32,000 nucleotides of DNA from Vibrio vulnificus CMCP6 (GCF_000039765.1 NC_004459.3:2541127-2573126), one strand, 5' to 3'; shown: positions 17,472 to 25,936, counted from the stretch's first letter. Made by a program: numbers and translations. The notes: a model not told the origin generated them from the sequence alone.

Positions 17472-18562
17472 CTTAGTATCAAGTTTGAAGTGCGACACTT
17501 TTTACAGATGCGCATGAATATACTCCGTTGGTGTCCTATACCCAAGTCTTTTGCGTGGGCGCGTATTTAATTTGTGTGCAATTTCATTGCAGAGCTTCTG
17601 TGTTACGTGTGACATAGAAGTTCGTTTTGGTAAGTATTGTCGTATCAAACCATTGGTGTTTTCATTAGTCCCTCGCTCCCATGAATGGTATGGATTTGCA
17701 AAGTAAAACAGACAGTTATGATGTTTTTCCAGTTGTGCATAACCATGAAATTCAGTGCCGTTATCCGCAGTTATCGTCTTAAAAGGTAAGTCAGAGCGGG
17801 TCATGATTTTGCTCATTCTTACGTTGAGCGACTCGCTTGTTCTATCGTCCATTTGCCCTATAAAAGTGTAGCCAGTCATTCTGTCGACTAAAGTTACGAT
17901 ACAGTGCTTGGTTCCGCGGCCAACGACGGTATCAATTTCCCAATGGCCAGGCTCATTTCGATGCTCAGCTTTTGCAGGTCTTTCGGTAATATGACGCTTT
18001 GCTGCCAGCCGACCTCGGCTGTCTTTTGAGTTATATCTTTTGCGCCTTTTCTTGGTCGATTGGCGTAGATGTTTCCATAGTGTTCCACCGAGAGTTTTGT
18101 CGTTCCAAATATGCTGATAAATGAGCTCGTGGCTCATTGTTGGATAGCCTCTTACCCTTAGGTATCCGACGATTTGGTCAGGGCTCCAATCCAGTCGTAG
18201 CAAGGCTTCAGGTAACCTGAAGTCGATTTCGCTATAGCGCTTGTTTCTGCGCGAGCGGCTTAGCCGGTTGCGAGCCATCTGTTGGGCTCTCCATGCTTGA
18301 TAGGAGAACCTTCTAAAGTGTCTGTTGTATCGGGAATTACGTTCAATTTCTCGATAGATAGTAGCTTTGTGACGACCTAGTTGTTTAGCTATTTTAGCGG
18401 TACTAATTCCTTGCTTTCTGAGCGCAGAAATCATATACCTTTCGTTCTCAGTGAGGTGCGTGTATCTCATGTTTTTTACTTCTTGGCGGGAGCAAACTTC
18501 ATGATTATCGCATCTCACTGTTTTTATGTTCAGAGGTGTCGCACTTCGTACTTGAATCCAAG
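17472..18562 (-). mobile_element. IS30-family insertion sequence, complete (1091 bp)
   Basis: 27-bp imperfect terminal inverted repeats (17472-17498 vs 18536-18562, 22/27 match). 3-bp direct repeat AAG at 17469-17471 and 18563-18565. Single transposase ORF. Confidence 0.85.
17502..18470 (-). CDS. IS30 family transposase
   Basis: N-terminal HTH MRYTHLTENERYMISALRKQG..IAKQLGRHKATIYREI. DDE region ..HWEIDTV..ITADNGTEF..PYHSWERGTNEN.. Start taken at M17 of the track ORF. Confidence 0.85.
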   Translation of the reverse strand: MRYTHLTENERYMISALRKQGISTAKIAKQLGRHKATIYREIERNSRYNRHFRRFSYQAWRAQQMARNRLSRSRRNKRYSEIDFRLPEALLRLDWSPDQIVGYLRVRGYPTMSHELIYQHIWNDKTLGGTLWKHLRQSTKKRRKRYNSKDSRGRLAAKRHITERPAKAEHRNEPGHWEIDTVVGRGTKHCIVTLVDRMTGYTFIGQMDDRTSESLNVRMSKIMTRSDLPFKTITADNGTEFHGYAQLEKHHNCLFYFANPYHSWERGTNENTNGLIRQYLPKRTSMSHVTQKLCNEIAHKLNTRPRKRLGYRTPTEYIHAHL

Positions 18563-18565
18563 AAG

Positions 18566-18690
18566 CCTAACAAACTGCTTAAGAGGGATTCGCAATGCGT
18601 GGCATTTTTAGCATGCGGTGAATTTTGTGATTAAGGCCGTGTGCAGTGGCTTTGCCAGTGCATTGCTCACCCCTTAGCAGGGCGTTATGT
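18566..18690 (+). repeat. attC site 29
   Basis: R'' CCTAAC, R' GTTATGT; arm class 2 variant. Separated from its cassette ORF by the IS. Confidence 0.9.
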
Positions 18691-19040
18691 TCACAAGATG
18701 GATTGTAGATATGGATGAAAAAGTACAAATAGCTTTTGGTGTTTGGGCGGGTGTTTCACTCCTCGGTTATGTGTTGTTCTATGCGAATAAAAATACACAG
18801 TTTAAGAGGAAATATTATCCAGCATTCTCTGTCGTGACAGGCGCTTTATTTTTGTTCATTGTTAACTTGATGGGCTTTTTTAAACATCAATTCTGGATTG
18901 TAATTGTCCCCATTGTTGCGCTAATAACTTTTATGAACATACGTGGTGCTAAGTTTTGCGACAACTGTGGGAAATCAAACTTTACGCAATCGTTAAAAGA
19001 TAAAAAAATCGAATGTCAAAAATGTGGGCATACTATTTGA
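18687..19040 (+). CDS. hypothetical membrane protein with C-terminal zinc ribbon (copy 1 of 3)
   Basis: Three hydrophobic segments, then CDNCGK..CQKCGH. The first ATG lies in the R' core GTTATGT; alternative start at 18711. Confidence 0.6.
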   Translation: MFTRWIVDMDEKVQIAFGVWAGVSLLGYVLFYANKNTQFKRKYYPAFSVVTGALFLFIVNLMGFFKHQFWIVIVPIVALITFMNIRGAKFCDNCGKSNFTQSLKDKKIECQKCGHTI

Positions 19041-19050
19041 GCAATGTGAA

Positions 19051-19175
19051 CATAACAAGGCGTTCAAGTGGGATTCATACCGCGTGGCATTTTTGGTATG
19101 CGGTTGGTTCTGGTGGTGAAAGTGTCTGCGGAAAGTTGGTTTAGGCGGCATTCACCCCTTAACGCAGCGTTATGT
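19051..19175 (+). repeat. attC site 30
   Basis: R'' CATAAC, R' GTTATGT; arm class 1 variant (CATACCGCG). Confidence 0.9.
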
Positions 19176-19525
19176 TCACAAGATGGATTGTAGATATGGA
19201 TGAAAAAGTACAAATAGCTTTTGGTGTTTGGGCGGGTGTTTCACTCCTCGGTTATGTGTTGTTCTATGCGAATAAAAATACACAGTTTAAGAGGAAATAT
19301 TATCCAGCATTCTCTGTCGTGACAGGCGCTTTATTTTTGTTCATTGTTAACTTGATGGGCTTTTTTAAACATCAATTCTGGATTGTAATTGTCCCCATTG
19401 TTGCGCTAATAACTTTTATGAACATACGTGGTGCTAAGTTTTGCGACAACTGTGGGAAATCAAACTTTACGCAATCGTTAAAAGATAAAAAAATCGAATG
19501 TCAAAAATGTGGGCATACTATTTGA
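19172..19525 (+). CDS. hypothetical membrane protein with C-terminal zinc ribbon (copy 2 of 3)
   Basis: Protein identical to the 18687-19040 product. Confidence 0.6.
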   Translation: MFTRWIVDMDEKVQIAFGVWAGVSLLGYVLFYANKNTQFKRKYYPAFSVVTGALFLFIVNLMGFFKHQFWIVIVPIVALITFMNIRGAKFCDNCGKSNFTQSLKDKKIECQKCGHTI

Positions 19526-19535
19526 GCAATGTGAA

Positions 19536-19660
19536 CATAACAAGGCGTTCAAGTGGGATTCATACCGCGTGGCATTTTTGGTATGCGGTTGGTTCTGGTG
19601 GTGAAAGTGTCTGCGGAAAGTTGGTTTATGCGGCATTCACCCCTTAACGCGGCGTTATGT
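19536..19660 (+). repeat. attC site 31
   Basis: R'' CATAAC, R' GTTATGT; arm class 1 variant. Differs from attC 30 at 19629 and 19651. Confidence 0.9.
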
Positions 19661-20006
19661 TTAATCACGTAAAATCAGTTGTTTGCACTCTTTTTTGTTC
19701 ACGTAACTTTCAAGTTTTTCCCCTGTCGGCAAGCTAACTTCAGTGGTCGCTGTTTTCAGGACTCCTATTCGCGGGCGCGAAAAATTCAGAGAATTGCCTC
19801 ATTGCAATCCAGTGTGTTGGCGAGGTGAGTGAAGTGTTCTCAATTTCAATGTTAGAGTTCCAGTTTTCGGTTTTTCACGCTAAAACTCAATGTTAGTAAA
19901 ATCAAATTTATGAGTTAATTCAGTTTTTTAGCTTCTGGTTTTGGTTTTCAATGGTAAGTCGAGTTAAGCTCTTGGTATCGTAAAACTTAACCCTTTGAGT
20001 CTTAAA
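19661..20006 (+). repeat. gene-less cassette body, family B copy B3
   Basis: About a dozen substitutions and no indels relative to 7111-7456, by eye. Confidence 0.85.
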
Positions 20007-20131
20007 CATAACAAGGCGTTCAAGCGGGATTCATGCCGCGTGGCATTTTTGGTTTGCGGTGAGTTTTGTGGTGAAAGTGGTGTGTGGAAACTTGGTTTAG
20101 GCGGCATTCACCCCTTAACGCGGCGTTAGGG
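20007..20131 (+). repeat. attC site 32
   Basis: R'' CATAAC, R' GTTAGGG; arm class 1. Confidence 0.9.
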
Positions 20132-20188
20132 CTCATGGCTAGTCAGTTTTAAAATTAAGTTTGTCGTTTGAATGAAGGATTAAGTTAG

Positions 20189-20578
20189 ATGTTTGAGTCA
20201 ATTAGCCCTGATGGAAAGCACGTAGCAACTTATCGGTCAGGCGGAGAAATGTGGATGAGTGGTCCTGAATGGGGTTATCTATCAATAGATAATAATGAAG
20301 AGATAAAGGGAGCTACACAAGATATTTTATGGTCTTCGGATAGTCAGTACATTGCATTTGTAAAGCTGGTAATTGATGAAGTCCCTAATAGAAAAGGTAC
20401 TGAGGGTATGAGCTCTAGGGTTGCAGTTGTTAGGCTCAGTGATTTCAAGATACGATATTGCTTGGGAAATAATAAGCTTGCGGAACTAAAGCTAAAAAGT
20501 TGTTACTTAGATGAAATCAGTGTCTTGGTCAATGGGCAGTCTAAATTGATAAAACTCGCTTCGATTTATTGGAACTAG
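20189..20578 (+). CDS. hypothetical protein
   Basis: 129 aa with AAGGA SD region. No family recognised. Confidence 0.55.
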   Translation: MFESISPDGKHVATYRSGGEMWMSGPEWGYLSIDNNEEIKGATQDILWSSDSQYIAFVKLVIDEVPNRKGTEGMSSRVAVVRLSDFKIRYCLGNNKLAELKLKSCYLDEISVLVNGQSKLIKLASIYWN

Positions 20579-20595
20579 AAGATGAATCCAAGCGC

Positions 20596-20719
20596 CCTAA
20601 CAAACGCTTTAAGACGGATTCGCAACGCGTGGCATTTGTGGTTTGCGGTAAATTTAGTGTTTTAGGTGGTATGCGAAAGCATCGTATTGCGTTGCTCACC
20701 ACTTAAGCGAGCGTTATGC
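20596..20719 (+). repeat. attC site 33
   Basis: R'' CCTAAC, R' GTTATGC; arm class 2 variant. Confidence 0.9.
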
Positions 20720-21064
20720 TTAATCATGTAAAATCAGTGGTTTATGGTTTTTCTTTGTTCCCTTGGCTGATTGGTTTTGTGCTTGTCGGCAAGTTGACTT
20801 CATTGGGCGCTGTTTTTCGGACACTTATTCTTTGGCGCTGAAAATTCAGGGAGTTGCCTCAGTCAATTTTCGGGTAAGCGAGAGGTTAGGGCGGTTGGCT
20901 TAATCAGCAATTTGATCTTAGGTTTTTGAGTTTTATCGGCCAAATTTCAAAGTCCGATTTTTAAAACTATGAGTCATTTCTGTTTTCTATGTTTTGGCTT
21001 TTGTTTGTAAATCAAAGTCGAGTTAATCTTGGTTCTATTAAAACGTAACCCATTGAAGCTTAAG
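20720..21064 (+). repeat. gene-less cassette body, family A copy A5
   Basis: Family A blocks present throughout. Confidence 0.85.
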
Positions 21065-21190
21065 CATAACAAGGCGTTCAAGAGGGATTCATGCCGCGTG
21101 GCATTTTTGGTATGCATTGAGTTTTGGTGGTGAAGGTGGTCTGCGGAAAGTTGGTTTATGCGGCATTCACCCCTTAACGCGGCGTTATGT
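21065..21190 (+). repeat. attC site 34
   Basis: R'' CATAAC, R' GTTATGT; arm class 1. Confidence 0.9.
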
Positions 21191-21540
21191 TCACAAGATG
21201 GATTGTAGATATGGATGAAAAAGTACAAATAGCTTTTGGTGTTTGGGCGGGTGTTTCACTCCTCGGTTATGTGTTGTTCTATGCGAATAAAAATACACAG
21301 TTTAAGAGGAAATATTATCCAGCATTCTCTGTCGTGACAGGCGCTTTATTTTTGTTCATTGTTAACTTGATGGGCTTTTTTAAACATCAATTCTGGATTG
21401 TAATTGTCCCCATTGTTGCGCTAATAACTTTTATGAACATACGTGGTGCTAAGTTTTGCGACAACTGTGGGAAATCAAACTTTACGCAATCGTTAAAAGA
21501 TAAAAAAATCGAATGTCAAAAATGTGGGCATACTATTTGA
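21187..21540 (+). CDS. hypothetical membrane protein with C-terminal zinc ribbon (copy 3 of 3)
   Basis: Protein identical to the 18687-19040 product. Confidence 0.6.
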   Translation: MFTRWIVDMDEKVQIAFGVWAGVSLLGYVLFYANKNTQFKRKYYPAFSVVTGALFLFIVNLMGFFKHQFWIVIVPIVALITFMNIRGAKFCDNCGKSNFTQSLKDKKIECQKCGHTI

Positions 21541-21550
21541 GCAATGTGAA

Positions 21551-21675
21551 CATAACAAGGCGTTCAAGTGGGATTCATACCGCGTGGCATTTTTGGTATG
21601 CGGTTGGTTCTGGTGGTGAAAGTGTCTGCGGAAAGTTGGTTTAGGCGGCATTCACCCCTTAACGCAGCGTTATGC
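21551..21675 (+). repeat. attC site 35
   Basis: R'' CATAAC, R' GTTATGC; arm class 1 variant; same sequence as attC 30 up to the crossover G. Confidence 0.9.
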
Positions 21676-22021
21676 TTAATCTCGTAAAATCAGTGATTTA
21701 GTGTTTTTCTTTGTTCCCTCGGCTTGTTAGTTTCGAGTTCGTCGGCAAGTCAGCTTCATAGGGCGCTATTTTCTGGACATCAATTCTTTGGCGCTGGAAA
21801 TTCAGAGGATTGCCTCAATCAGTTTTCGCGTAAGCGTGAGGTTAGGGCAGTTGGCTCATTCAGAATTTTGAACTTAGGTTTTTGAGTTTTAGTAGCCAAA
21901 TTTCAAAGTCAGATTTTCAAAAATCATGAGTCATTTCAGTTTTTTAGGTTTTGCCTTTTGTTAACTAATCCTAGCCGAGTTAATCTTGGTTTTGGTAAAA
22001 ATGTGGGCGTTGAAGCTTAAG
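21676..22021 (+). repeat. gene-less cassette body, family A copy A6 (most diverged A copy)
   Basis: Family A 5' two-thirds is conserved. The 3' end is diverged (..TTGTTAACTAATCCTAGCCGAGTTAATCTTGG..). Confidence 0.8.
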
Positions 22022-22147
22022 CATAACAAAGCGTTAAAGTGGGATTTGGCACGCGTGGCATTTTTAGTTTGCGTTGAGTTCGGTGGTTACGGCACTATGC
22101 GGTAGCTTTTGTATTGCGTGCCTGCACCCCTTAACGCGGCGTTATAA
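22022..22147 (+). repeat. attC site 36
   Basis: R'' CATAAC, R' GTTATAA; arm class 3. Confidence 0.9.
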
Positions 22148-22161
22148 CGAAATAGGTAATT

Positions 22162-23298
22162 ATGGACGTAGTAAGTATCAATAAAAAATTTTTAGAAGAA
22201 AAAGAGCAGTTACTTACAGCTCGTTTGAAGTTGTTACAAGATAAAGCATTAATTCGATTTGAAGAAATAACAGGTATTCGTTCTATACATTCATTTCATG
22301 CAATGATGGGAGCGAATAATAATACTTACGTAGATAGTGTTAACACTGTTTTTTTAGATCCCAATGATTTCATTAGTATGTGGATTGACGGTTTAGGTAA
22401 AAGTGTACGAGAAAAAGCTGTTCTAGGACGACTAAAGCCCAAAGCTCCCTATAATAGGGTTAATCGTGAATATTTCTTAATGCATGCCCTCCAAGATCAT
22501 CTCTTAAAAGAGTACCTAATATTATTTCTTACCCGTAATTTTTATCGAAATTTTAAAGAAAGAGTAAGGCATAAACCTGATGAATCTCTTTGGACAATTT
22601 GGTTTGGAAGTGGAAATTTAGTGTGGGGATTACTCATTTCTCCTGAAATGAGAAATGATGACTGGGTAAACGACAAATCTGAAATGAGACGATCAGATTT
22701 CAATTTCTGGACAATTAGGCATGTTATGAATACAGGGCTAATTGATCCGGATTCTGATGAACCAATGAAATTTCAATCATCAAAGGATTTTGTTCAATTT
22801 TATAGAAGTGTTTTAAAAAGAGTTTCTAATTCGCAGTATGAAAAAGCTATAGCAGATCGTTATATAGATTATTTGAAAAATTCAGACAATTCATATGAAG
22901 AGCCATTTTTAATCCCAGAGTTGAGGTACGCAGGAAAAGAAGCTAAACACAAATATAGACTTGATTACACAATACTTAATCCATATACGAATAAACTCGT
23001 GGGTTTCGAGATAAGTCCGTCATCAACGCATATGGTTGTAGATAGGATCAGAGATGTAAAAAAGATAGATATTAATGAAGACTTATCTAAAAAATGGTCT
23101 AAAGAAATGGGTAAAAGAAATGAATACTTCTCTAAGTTTGGTATATCAACGATAACTTTTACTGATGAAGAACTGAAGGATGTAGATTCATGTTTTTCAG
23201 TTATAGCTAAATATCTTTCCGAAAGAGGAGTAGAGAAGAAAAATTTAAGTAATTCAATAAGCAATATTAATGGGCTATTTGACGAACTTTCGTTATAA
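22162..23298 (+). CDS. hypothetical 378-aa protein with C-terminal DUF559/Vsr-like (PD-(D/E)xK-type) endonuclease-fold region
   Basis: Largest ORF in the window and visibly AT-rich (about 30% GC in a sampled 120 nt). C-terminal pattern YRLDYTIL..LVGFEISPSSTH..KRNEYFSKFGISTITFTDEEL resembles yrxDF..vEvDG..H..R...L...G..v.Rf. Confidence 0.7.
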   Translation: MDVVSINKKFLEEKEQLLTARLKLLQDKALIRFEEITGIRSIHSFHAMMGANNNTYVDSVNTVFLDPNDFISMWIDGLGKSVREKAVLGRLKPKAPYNRVNREYFLMHALQDHLLKEYLILFLTRNFYRNFKERVRHKPDESLWTIWFGSGNLVWGLLISPEMRNDDWVNDKSEMRRSDFNFWTIRHVMNTGLIDPDSDEPMKFQSSKDFVQFYRSVLKRVSNSQYEKAIADRYIDYLKNSDNSYEEPFLIPELRYAGKEAKHKYRLDYTILNPYTNKLVGFEISPSSTHMVVDRIRDVKKIDINEDLSKKWSKEMGKRNEYFSKFGISTITFTDEELKDVDSCFSVIAKYLSERGVEKKNLSNSISNINGLFDELSL

Positions 23299-23418
23299 CA
23301 AACGCTTCAAGAGGGACAGCCAACGCGTGGCATTTTTACTATGCGTTGGTTTTTATGGTTACAGTGTTATGCGGAAAGTTAGTAGTAGCGTTGGCTGCCC
23401 CTTAAGCGGGCGTTAGAG
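23294..23418 (+). repeat. attC site 37
   Basis: R'' TATAAC, R' GTTAGAG; unique arms (CAGCCAACGC / GCGTTGGCTG), still self-complementary. Confidence 0.9.
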
Positions 23419-23432
23419 CGCAGGAGAAAAAT

Positions 23433-23732
23433 GTGAATATGACGGACATAATTGAATACATTTCATATCTTATCGCAGGCATTCTTATCGCTCCTTTCGG
23501 CTTTATGTTGTTTAAAGAATTCATCGGTAAAGATCGCAAGACGGTCACAGATGAAGTCAAATCTACGGTAGGAGACGAATCGAGAAAGTTTTTGGGCGGT
23601 AGATATGGTGATGCGGTTGTAGGTCAGTTTGTCGAGTTTAAACTGATAATAGCGATAGGTTTGCCATTAGTTCTATTTCTAGGAATATCTTCTTTGGTAA
23701 ATTCTCTTTTGAAAGTTCTGTTCAATCTGTGA
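23433..23732 (+). CDS. hypothetical small membrane protein
   Basis: GTG 23433 (or ATG 23439) after GGAGA. Two hydrophobic segments. Confidence 0.5.
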   Translation: MNMTDIIEYISYLIAGILIAPFGFMLFKEFIGKDRKTVTDEVKSTVGDESRKFLGGRYGDAVVGQFVEFKLIIAIGLPLVLFLGISSLVNSLLKVLFNL

Positions 23733-23739
23733 GTTGCGC

Positions 23740-23864
23740 TCTAACAAACTGTTCAAGAGGGATTCGCAACGCGTGGCATTTTCACTATGCGTTGATTTTA
23801 GTGATTAAGGTGGTGTGCGGTGGCTTCGGTATTGCGTTGCTCACCCCTTAACAGGGCGTTAAGC
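23740..23864 (+). repeat. attC site 38
   Basis: R'' TCTAAC, R' GTTAAGC; arm class 2. Confidence 0.9.
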
Positions 23865-23934
23865 GTCGTATATTAACCTTGGTGCAAATGGTGTGGTATC
23901 ATATTTCGCTTAGGAATTATGTAGAGGTGCCTAA

Positions 23935-24690
23935 ATGTTTGATGTTTTGCTTTATCCAAGTTCTATGGGAGAACTTGAAATAAAAACCATGCAAAAGGGT
24001 GGGGATACGCTGTTCCTTTTACCTGATGTTGTTCAAGTTATTTCACAAGAGACTCAGTCTCTAGATGGCAGGGCAACTTCGAATCAAGCATCCCTATTGA
24101 AAGCTAGCATTACATCATTAGAAGATGATGAGCGATTTATTGAGACTGTGATTGTTGATGGCAAGGAAGAGCGTCATTACTACGTTACTGAGCCGGGTGT
24201 ATACCGAGTGGCAATGCAAGCAAAAAGCTCTGGAGCGAAAAAGTTTCAAAATTGGGTTTTAAAAGAAGTAATGCCATCAATCCGTCGATTTGGTATTTAT
24301 CCGCCTCCGGAAGTAAACGATGACGACTTTCTATTGCAAGTAGCAGATCAACAAGCAAAACAGTCTCAGTTACTGAGCCAGTTTATGCGTAGCTCTATGG
24401 AAAAGTTCAAGCATTTGGACAATAAAGTGGATGAGCAATCAGACACTATTAAGCTTCAAGGTTCTGTTTTACAGTCCCTAAAAGAAAGGTTAGATACCGT
24501 AGAGCTTAATAATCACTCAAACCTTGAATATTTTGATGTTAGCGAAGTCATCAGGTCCCTAGAGATAGATGAGAGTAAATTGACTTTAGTTGTTGCTCAA
24601 TGTGAAAAAGTTGCCTCAGAAAAAGGTTCAATTATCAAGTCTCGCTCAGCGGTATACGAGAAGAGCAGCGTTTTCCTATGGCTGTTATAA
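23935..24690 (+). CDS. BRO-N domain protein (prophage antirepressor-like)
   Basis: 251 aa with GAGGTG SD. ..YYVTEPGVYRVAMQAKSSGAKKFQNWVLKEVMPSIRRFGIY.. matches the Bro-N core. The C-terminal half is helical/coiled. Confidence 0.7.
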   Translation: MFDVLLYPSSMGELEIKTMQKGGDTLFLLPDVVQVISQETQSLDGRATSNQASLLKASITSLEDDERFIETVIVDGKEERHYYVTEPGVYRVAMQAKSSGAKKFQNWVLKEVMPSIRRFGIYPPPEVNDDDFLLQVADQQAKQSQLLSQFMRSSMEKFKHLDNKVDEQSDTIKLQGSVLQSLKERLDTVELNNHSNLEYFDVSEVIRSLEIDESKLTLVVAQCEKVASEKGSIIKSRSAVYEKSSVFLWLL

Positions 24691-24738
24691 AGTTAGCCTT
24701 AATCGAGATGCGCTTGATTTCCGGTGATAGGGACAACG

Positions 24739-24865
24739 CTTAACAAAGCATTTAAGAGTGATTCCCAACGCTTGGCATTTTTCATTCCATCGTTGGGTTT
24801 CGTGTTTCTGGTGCAATGGTTTAGTGTCGTGGTAGCGTTGCTCACACCTTAATGCGGCGTTATGT
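24739..24865 (+). repeat. attC site 39
   Basis: R'' CTTAAC, R' GTTATGT; arm class 4. Confidence 0.9.
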
Positions 24866-24877
24866 TTTTACAGGGAA

Positions 24878-25342
24878 ATGATGAGCTTACGTGATGTGAT
24901 TGATTCGGATTGGAATCAAATATACGAACTTATTGAAGATAATATGCTCAATATGCAGATTGAACTTGGGTTGAAGTGGGATCGAGAATCGATCATACGT
25001 CACTATAAAAGTAAGTCTGTTATTGTTGAAGTACAGCGAGATCATATCTCTGGATTCATCGCGTACCATCAAAATGAAGATGTTCACTTTATTGACTCTT
25101 TGCAAGTGGCTCAAGGGTATCAAAACAGATTAGCGGGTTTTCGTTTGTTAAAATCGAGTCTATTAAAAACAAGCGTATCTCCTATGGTTCAAAAAGTGCG
25201 TTGTTGTGTTTTTGAAAATAATACTGCCAAGGAGCAATATTTTTCAGTTGGCTTTCGCGAGCTCAGTCGTTCTAAAGGTGTTTTGACGTTGGAAATGCCG
25301 ATGAAACAGCTGATTAAGCGTTTGAGGTTGGCCAAAACATAA
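24878..25342 (+). CDS. GNAT family N-acetyltransferase (divergent)
   Basis: 154 aa. ..IDSLQVAQGYQNRLAGFRLL.. and ..VFENNTAKEQYFSVGF.. Stop lies in R''. Confidence 0.6.
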   Translation: MMSLRDVIDSDWNQIYELIEDNMLNMQIELGLKWDRESIIRHYKSKSVIVEVQRDHISGFIAYHQNEDVHFIDSLQVAQGYQNRLAGFRLLKSSLLKTSVSPMVQKVRCCVFENNTAKEQYFSVGFRELSRSKGVLTLEMPMKQLIKRLRLAKT

Positions 25343-25462
25343 CAAACTGCTTAAGAGGGATTCGCAATGCGTGGCATTTTTAGTATGCGGTGAGTTTTGT
25401 GCTTAAGTTGGTGTGCGGTAGCTTTTGCAGTGCATTGCTCACCCCTTAGCAGAGCGTTAGTT
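25338..25462 (+). repeat. attC site 40
   Basis: R'' CATAAC, R' GTTAGTT; arm class 2 variant. Confidence 0.9.
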
Positions 25463-25936
25463 TGCAAGAGGAAAAACGTAGCTATATCGCAAGATCTAGC
25501 GGTAAAGCTCATGTCGTATCGGCATTTAATTTCAGTGTTAATCAGCGTGGTAAAAAACCAAAATTGGCATCGTTTCAGCGGTTGATTTGTTCTTTGGTGC
25601 TGTGACTTTTTGGGTAACTGAATCGAACTTTTTGCTGAAACTCTGCTCTGTGAGTTTGTTGGTACAAAAGCCGATTTACTCGCTGCAAGGACGTTTTCTC
25701 TGGTGTGGTAAGTTCCACGTGGTTTCAGTGGCTTTGTTGAAAGTTCGCACTGTGAGATTGGTTTTCCAAAAGCGCTTTTTGGTGTTGTAAACTCGTTTTC
25801 TGCGGCGTTGTTTGTTCCAAGTGGTTTCATTGAGTAGTCGCTTTGAGACTACGCCTGACTTAAGTGCACCAGAACACATAAAGTTTATTGTTTGCAAAGT
25901 TTAAAACAACGTAAAATTAACGCTTTGGGTCTGCAA
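25463..25936 (+). other. gene-less cassette body (singleton, T+G-rich top strand)
   Basis: No plausible ORF confined to the cassette. Begins TTAGTTTGCAA (with R') and ends GCAAACTAAC. Confidence 0.6.

Noticed and set aside
25351-25830. 159-aa minus-strand ORF, the longest in the 25457-26055 cassette
   Set aside because: Its last ~37 codons would be encoded by the upstream attC (25338-25462). It has low-complexity composition and no SD, so it is probably a by-product of the A+C-rich bottom strand.
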